In this document: in pieces, positions 56,301-64,000 of the stretch
Layout: each line of letters starts with the position of its first letter
How positions within the stretch are numbered: position 1 is the stretch's first letter
From: Ptychomitrium polyphyllum
Taxonomy: Eukaryota
DNA: 64,000 nucleotides
Direction: 5' to 3'
NCBI GenBank assembly: GCA_973851085.1
Contig: OZ316776.1
Span: 9,610,001-9,674,000, forward strand
Program-made: the position numbers and the translations under genes
The notes under the pieces: model-generated
Seen by the model: the letters and a program-made list of their open reading frames with translations, nothing else
Database searches by the model: none
What the model was told of the DNA's origin: nothing

Positions 56301-57610
56301 GCCCACAAGTATGTTGCGTTTTCAGTTTAGATGAGTTCTAGCGTAGAGAGTAAATGACATAATAGAATGCCTCCAAAGTCAATTCATTTTGACGTGATCA
56401 TCATGTCTGGCTTGCCTATATGATGGATCTATAATTCTAAGTGGATTGTGATGTAAATTTGATATCAACATTGGATTGGTTTGTGTATATTAACGAATGT
56501 AAGAATATACTCATTCTGTATATTGATCGGTCTGCTTTCTTCCTTCTCACTTTGCATGTCTTGATAGGATAATGACATGAGCTCTTACAAGAATGGAATA
56601 GCACGGCAAAGATAATATCTGTCATTTTCCAAAAGGAAGAAGAAACTAAAACTGAGGAAACTTTTGACTAAACCAACCCCACAGTCTGGAGCGATGTCTT
56701 CATATCATGAATACGACGTTCAACCATCACACACCCTCCATGGCATGATTTGGATGGTACTAGGAAAATCCAAAGCATCCAGACATGCATTCTGTCAAAA
56801 ATTCAATAGTCTTAAATCTAAAAAAGATGAACCACGAATATAGGGCAGATCCCTGTTTCATCTACGGAAATCCATTGTGGATTTTGGAAAAAGGGCATCT
56901 CTGGACGCTTTGGATTTCTCCAATGGGTGCCATCTTATCTGTGCTTTCTCCTCAGCTGCATTGTGAACGCAAATCTCACTATCGGTCACCTGTTGCCTAC
57001 AATCACAGTCACAGTGAGCTTTTAGCACACTCCCACATGGGGAAAACTTAGCATTTTTGGAAAAAATCCTCGTGGGAAGACGGAGATCACAAGCAATTTG
57101 TCACTCCCTGGTGTGGGTTTTCCAATGTAGGATTGTGCCAAGATCTCTGTGAATCTTGAGAAATTCAAAAAGGTAGGTCCATTTCTATACCGTTGCTTCT
57201 GGTTTGTCTATCCTGAGCCAAAAAGCTCAAAGTCATGCTCAAATTCAAGGTTCAAGCTACATTTTAATCCGGGCAATATGTGCAGTTCAGGCATTCAACA
57301 ATCGAGTCAGCTGCGGTTGAAATTACTATTAAAAGGAAACTTTGTGGATTCATGGACAAAACATGGGTAAACATGCAGTGCACATGGTCGATATCAGACG
57401 TGCAGATAATGTTCAATTTACGTACTTACAGATTTAGTTCGAATGAGTTGAAAAACCATACTGCTGGAGGAGAAAGTTCATGAAACTTAACGTACCGCGC
57501 AGAGCTGGATGGAGATTGAAATAAACAGTGTCTATACAAAGTTTTTATGATTAATAAAATCCATGTTCTGCATGAGGCGAGCCTGGCCACAACCATTCCT
57601 TCGAATGGTG

Positions 57611-58547
57611 TCAAGGAACTAAGAGCCCTGTGAGAGTCGCAACTGGAGCATCGCCATTGCTGACTGATGCAGCAAGAGTATTGCTCACAGCTGTAGAACC
57701 AAACGGAACAATAAATGTGAGGCCATGCATTATCGCAGCCGACATGGCGTCCAGAACTGCTTCGGAGTGACAATTACTGCCACCTGATGTATTCATTAGC
57801 ACTGCCAGCTTTTGGGTATATTCCAACAGGGAAGCCTGGGTAGGGTTAGCCGTGGCGATATGCTTCGAAACATAGGGTTCCTTCAAAGTCTTAAACCCTA
57901 ATCCCATCACATGACAGTCTTCGCTTCGTTGAGGTGATACCAAATCCTCAGCAATTATTGCAGTTTGGTTCTACAGCTGTGACCATCCCGTTCGAGGCTC
58001 AAACATGGGAAGAACCAAACACGGCTAAACAGAGGATAGTTCAAATTCCGGCACCGCATTGGGAGCACGCAGGCTCCCGTCTTCGCCACGTCGGCCACGG
58101 ATCGCATCAATGACCTCGTCCAAATGGTGGACTTTCCAATTCCCTCGAACAACCGGGAAAAACATCTCCGACCTCATCCGCGCCATCTGCTGCGGCTTCT
58201 TCAACAGCGCCAGGAAGCGCACCACGTCCGGCGCAGCCTCAGCTCGAGCGGTGAGGAACGCATCGAGAGGTTCCGATCCGGGATCGAGCACGAGCACGTC
58301 TACTAAAAGAAACTTTGCTTTTGCGGTACACCCATAGCCGCTGATTCTCCAAACTCCACAAGGTGTTCACGCACCGAATTACAGGAAGAATCGGGCAGTT
58401 GCGAGATGGCCAATTCTCCGAGAGCAGCAGATCCACGGTCTTGTCGATGCGCTTGTCTTTCAATGGACTGGCTTCGAAATTAACGAGGATAATCGCACTG
58501 CTGAAATGAATGTCTCTAGGATCTACCCTCACTGTTGCATCCGCCAT
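57611..58547 (-). pseudogene. Disrupted intronless gene with an N-terminal ParB/sulfiredoxin-like domain
   Basis: MADATVRVDPRDIHFSSAII..F...IDKTVDLL....P...PILPVI....LWSLENQRLWVYRK. Removing one base near the A-run at ~58320 continues the frame as AKFLLVDVLVLDPGSEP. ORFs 58025-58297 and 57611-57943 are in the same frame, separated by TAG stops at 58025 and 57971. Confidence 0.6.
57685..57982. repeat. Inverted repeat with perfect 20-bp arms (57685-57704 and 57963-57982), imperfectly extendable inward to ~37 bp
   Basis: tcacagctgtagaaccaaac versus gtttggttctacagctgtga; inward extension caataaatg-tgagg versus caataattgctgagg (reverse complement). Confidence 0.9.
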
Positions 58548-60559
58548 AGCCGAAGTTCGAGCAACAATTCGAGCTGCACAATCCTTTCCAAGCTCGACGT
58601 CAAAATCTCATGCAAAGTTGCAAACATTGCAAAGGAGTTGAGTCTCGACAACAGTACCGCCTGATTATCATAGGGTTCACACTAGTGTCACAGGTGCATC
58701 ACACGAGTATATCAAAGATATAGAGCGAACAACTTGTATAGTGGCAATCTAGTAACACCAAGGGTTTGCAAGAGTTGGCAGGAGCCTTGGCTGGAGCTTC
58801 CCCCGAGTAACACAACGATACTACACAGGTGTCACCTGAGTATGACCTAGATATAAATCAAACAAAAGATTGGCTGGCTGCGAACTATGCCGCTGGAGCT
58901 GCAGTTCAAGCTGCAGTCTTTTTGCAACAAGAGAGCACACACATTTGTTGTCGAAATTCTGTTTGCAGCTTTTGCCAAGTAATAAATTTATACTTGTGTG
59001 TCTAAGAAGAAAGAAATTGATGCAAAAAATTGGCCTGATCGCAACCTGAGTATCACGTGGGTGCTTCCTGGGTATCGGCTGAGTATCGAGGAGGGAACAC
59101 GTACAGTGAACTCCCTGAGACTCTTTTGCGATGCTTGTCCATGGGATTGCTTGTCGAACTGCAAGCAGTGCGCTCTAATGAAAAGCTGGGGGGGCATGAG
59201 GTCTGTGAATGTGAAGTTGCATTGATTGATGGTGTAGACTTGCTTCACGGGAATTGCAGGCGAGTGATCAATCTTATGAGCCGCCGAACTGAAAGTACAG
59301 GCTGATAGCAGTAGCGTATCAGACGGTTACTCATTTCTGGATATCGGTAGTGCGAATAAAACATAGTATATAGGTAGGGTACCACCGAATTCAAGGGCTA
59401 CGGAGGTACAACTGAGTGCGGTGATCAACCACTGAGATGACTTGTCACTCAGAGAGCAGTGATGCGAGTCCAAGAGTCGTGGAACCTGTTATTAAAATAT
59501 TTGGCCCCAAATAAATTGGCACTCGGATACTGCGTGACCGGTCCGCGTGTCAAAAGATTGTATGAAGTGTCATTGATCTGGTCTCCAAGTCTCATGGGCA
59601 AGTGGCCACAAGCATTTCAAATGGAGTAACTCCAAGTGAAGCAGGCAATCAGTAGCCGATGCCTGCTTGTGGCCCTTGCTGCACAAAAAGGGGTCAAACG
59701 TTATTTGCCTATGGGAGGGTGGCTAAATGGAACTGCGACCCTGGTGTAGCACCATTAGATAATCAGTTCTAGAAATTATCGATGATTTTCAGAACTCATT
59801 TTTGGCAATATTTCAAATAATAATTTAGTTATGAAACTAATTTAAAATTCTTCAAACATCTTGCATGGTTTAGTGTTTTGATGTTTTGGTTATTCTTTTG
59901 CCTTTGTCTTCCTTTTTTATAAATAATTATTTATTTTGTTTAGTTTTTTTTATATACTGATATTTCGGAAATTATGGACAATTCGATGTTTTTAAACATT
60001 TTTTGAAAACTGTTGTTGGTCTTACGTAGAGAAAATACCGAGAGATACTGGTGGAGCAGTTGCGAATATTCCGTAGTGTAGGTGCCAAAAGCACCACCCG
60101 GAACGACGAGACTCGTCCTTGAAGAGCGTGCGCTCACTGCAACGCCACGAATAGAACTTGACGACGACGACGATGGTGACGACGTAAAATGGCGAAGACA
60201 ACGACGACAGACGACAACGATGGCAACGAAGGCCGTGGACGAAGAGTTCGGGCGCTGCGGAATTGACAGAGCAGGAACGTAGAAACAAGCAAGGCGAGGC
60301 ATGAATGCTGGCGAAACAGAGGAAGCAGAGGATCCAGAGGAAGCTTGCCACAGAACGGAACCCGACTTCGTCTAGTCGCACCCGAGGATCGTGTTGCGGA
60401 GCATCACGCCGTGATCACTTCCGCACACAGACACTCACAGGTTTCAGATCTGCGCCCACGCTAAGTCGGCTCCGGGACTCGCACGACTTTCTGGAGCGTT
60501 GCACGATTTGGCTGGGAGTGAGCGGTACTCGGTGCGGCGGAAGCGCTACTTGGAGGACA

Positions 60560-60623
60560 GGAGTGGAGTGGAGTGGAGTGAGTGGAGTGGAGTGGAGCGA
60601 GTGAGTGGAGTGGAGTGGAGTGG
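60560..60623. repeat. (GGAGT)n pentanucleotide microsatellite just upstream of the PFK ATG
   Basis: gagtggagtggagtggagtg..., about 12 units with two interruptions. Confidence 0.9.
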
Positions 60624-60636
60624 ACGTGTCGGGGTT

Positions 60637-63600
60637 ATGGCGTGTTTGCGAGTAGCCGTGGTGCCGGAGTTGCACGCCAGGGCTGGGGGGAGTAGTACGA
60701 CTGCTGTGAAGGGAGGAGTTCATGTGGAAGCCGCGGCGCAGAGGTGCATTGGCTTTGCGCGGGCGGACGGGATTGGCGGCTTTGGTCCGGGGAGAGTGAG
60801 GAGTGTGGAGAGTGGAAAGGCGTTTTTCAAGGGAGAGGAGAGTCGGCACCTTGCGCAGGTTGTGAAGCGCGCGGTAGGTGTGGAAATGGCCGGGGGAACG
60901 AAGGTGACAAGTATGTCGTTGAGTGTGGAGGATAAGAAGATTTCGACGGGGAGGGGTGGCGCTGTGCTTGAAGATGTGCCGCACTTGACGGATTGGCTGC
61001 CTGACCTGCCGGTGAGAATTGCGTGTACGACAATTGGCTCTCGGAAGAGTAGTTTGCTGTTTTTTCATGTTTCGTTTGATCGAGCAATCGTACATTGTGG
61101 AGATTGGAGTCTGAATAAAAAACGAGTTCAACATTGCATCGTAGGTTTATTTTAGGGTCTACGTGCATTTTAAGAAAGTACTGTGGCCTCCAAATGTTGG
61201 CGGTATCGTGGTTTTCTCAAGTACACATCTTAAGAGGGATGAGATTCGAGATGATGTTAGTGATAGCCTTGAAATCATCATCCTTCATTAAGAAATTGGT
61301 GTTGATTGCGTTCTTGCTATTAACGAAATCTTTAATTATCGATTTTCTTGAGGAATTGAGCGACTTGTATTAACTTTATTGCAGACCTATTCGAATCCAT
61401 TGAAGCACAACCCTGCCTACTCAGCTGTGAGGTAAACTAGGGTAGTTACTTTGCCTTCGTTTGTCAGCAATATGTGCTTTGTTGATCTCTCCTCATATCG
61501 GTTAGCTAGAAGTGTTTTTAGAACAGAATCGTATCGTCACTCTTGCTGCAGTCTTCCTGCCAGGAATCGGCAAGTCGTTCTTCTGTAAGTAGCTGGATTT
61601 CTCTGATGTTACTACTTGTGATTTTAGCACTCTTGTTCAACTGATTGATTTCCTCTAAGGCTAATATGCCGTAAGAATTATGTTTTCTTCGATCTTGTTT
61701 ATCAAGCACGTTCATCTTTGTGTTTATGAGAAGCTAAGTCGCTGAGACAGTAGATTCTGTTGTGGGGAATGCAGACAGTACTTTGTTGAGAACGATGACG
61801 TTGTTGCTAAGGATGTAAGTGTTCCCAAGTATCATCCCACTTCGTAGTTCCGAGCGTATTTGTTAGGGCATCTGTTGGCATGTTATAATGTTATAGAATT
61901 TTGATGCTACAACCTCATCTGCGCCGATCTGCCCAATGTCATTGTGAGTTTATGTCTCTAATTTGTTGGTAACATTTGAGTTAATAAGTATGTTCTTGAT
62001 ATACTGGCAGGTGGTTACAAATATCAACGAAGTTGGACACGGTATACATTTCAGACGTGCAGGTCCACGAGAAAAGGTTCTCATGCACTTACCTCCTTGC
62101 AATTCCTCTCTGACTCGGTCACTACTGTTTGATTTACTTCAACTTGAGTAAAGGAACTTGTATTGGTTCATCTGTATACTCTATTCATTCTAAGCTCTAT
62201 ACTTGACGCTGACCATTTCACTTCAAGTCCACAAAGGATAGTGCTTTAATTTCTTTTGAGTAATAGCACTTTCTGACGAGTGTTTCCTGTTCACTTCAGA
62301 TTTTCTTCAAAGGAGATGATGTGAGGGCATGCATTGTTACGTGCGGGGGATTGTGTCCTGGTCTTAATACTGTGATCCGTGAGATCGTTTGTAGTCTTTG
62401 GGGGCAATATGGAGTACGCGAGATCTTTGGAATTGATGTAAGCATTTTTTTCAAATTGGTAACACTGATGTAAGGTAATGCGCAATCTATGTATTCACTT
62501 TGGTTACACCCTACGAGTGTTCAAGAGATTGTTGCCCTTTGATTAAATACATGAAGCCATTACATCCTGCGACGAACGTCTGTGGTATGTGCTACTATTA
62601 TTGTAATAACTACGGTGGATACTAATCAATCTTTACCGAGGACACACAATGCAACTGATCTTGCTCGTGGTTCTTATGTTTGGCATTATATCCCATTTCG
62701 AATTCGTTTGTGTGCAGTTTAGATACTCATGAATTTTACGTTTGCTCTGCAGGGAGGATACAGGGGTTTCTACTCAAGAAATACCATTGATTTAACTCCC
62801 AAGACAGTTAATGACATTCATAAACGCGGAGGCACTGTGCTACAAACTTCCCGTGGTGGTCATGATACTGCAAAAATTGTCGACTCTATTCAGGACCGTG
62901 GCATAAACCAGGTTAAGACCTCGATTAGCTGTATTATCGTCTCTGACTGCATGAGTGCCAGAAATAATTTCTGAAATCTGGAGATTTAAATTATAATTGC
63001 AGAGTAATCATGTGTATCGTAGTAAAACGTTTGCACTTTTTGTTTTATAGTAAATTTTTGAGTTCAGCTGGGGATTAGTGCAGTTTGTTTGACCCATTCT
63101 ACGACTGATATAGGTTATGAGTTTGTACCAGCTCCACTTAACTATAAGCGATAAAAGAAGTATGCTTTTGATAAATATAGCAAATTTTGTGAAGTGTCCA
63201 TGTTTTGATCGTTGTTTTTAGCATTGGATGTTCTGACTATTCATTTGACTGCAATTGCGAAGGTTTATATTATTGGTGGTGACGGCACTCAGAAGGGAGC
63301 TAATGCGATATATGAGGTAACTTATCTTGTAGCTACTGCTGATGATAGGGTTGGAATTTTGCTGCAAGTTTTTGTCACCATTAATTATACAGTCTTTCCA
63401 TATGCTTGCCTGACTGATTAGGTGAAAGCCTGATCGGCCTAGAGAATTTCCTTTCTGTCATTCTTATCATGCAGAAGTGAGGAATGTATGGAGATGGACA
63501 CGATTTGAGATGCATCCTTAGCTATCAGCTGGCTTACGTACTTTTCTTTGAAATACGATTAGACGGACCATTGTAAGGATGTGTACTCTATTTATGAGTT

Positions 63601-64000
63601 GATCTAACCAAGGGGTCTTGTTGAACAGGAATATTCTCTTATTACATCATTTGCATTGTTAGAATTAGTGGAGTTCTTACCTCCTGTAACAATCGTTGTC
63701 GCTTACAGGAGTGCAGGAAGAGGGGTTTAAAGGTGGTTGTTGCAGGTATTCCCAAAACGATCGATAATGATATTGATGTAAGACACTTTCTCTTGATGTA
63801 CTTCTCTTTGACATACATGCTTGGTTGGAGTAGGTGTGTGTTTTGTAGCTTTTTGCTTGCGTACAGATCCGTTTGATTTCTTGTTTTGTTTTCTCCGTAT
63901 CTACAGTGTGCACTGGGATACTGGAGTCTAAGTCTAATGTAAATTTGTTGAATGTGGTATTTGAGGTGACAGGTTATAGACAAGTCGTTTGGGTTCGATA
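60637..64000 (+). CDS. PFK: ATP-dependent 6-phosphofructokinase with an N-terminal extension (probable plastid transit peptide); 3' part lies outside the window
   Basis: ATG 60637; [16 protein letters not shown] / [13 protein letters not shown] / [10 protein letters not shown] / [22 protein letters not shown] / [15 protein letters not shown] / [13 protein letters not shown] / [14 protein letters not shown] (rather than GGDD) indicates ATP specificity. Confidence 0.95.

Noticed and set aside
60415..61168. 239-aa and 113-aa minus-strand ORFs
   Set aside because: Antisense shadows of the GC-rich PFK first exon and the microsatellite.

Overview
Eukaryotic, intron-rich land-plant DNA; gene content and a moss-type kinase relic suggest a moss (inference). 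Seven apparently intact spliced genes: NADP-malic enzyme (+), XLT2-like GT47 glycosyltransferase with a very long repetitive stem (-), S1-domain RNA-binding protein (-), GT106/O-fucosyltransferase-family protein (-), ARM-repeat protein (-), ceQORH-like quinone oxidoreductase (+) and ATP-dependent phosphofructokinase (+, runs off the window end). Also two pseudogenes (protein kinase; ParB/Srx-like), hAT transposase relics and AT-rich TE-like tracts. Main finding: the S1 and ARM genes encode unrelated proteins 24 kb apart but share a homologous ~1 kb 5' module (upstream/5'UTR, start codon, first coding exon, intron 1). The homologous splice acceptor is dead in the ARM copy, which suggests the ARM gene captured its front end from the S1 gene. 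Family assignments come from motif recognition and memory, not database searches; exon boundaries were read by eye.
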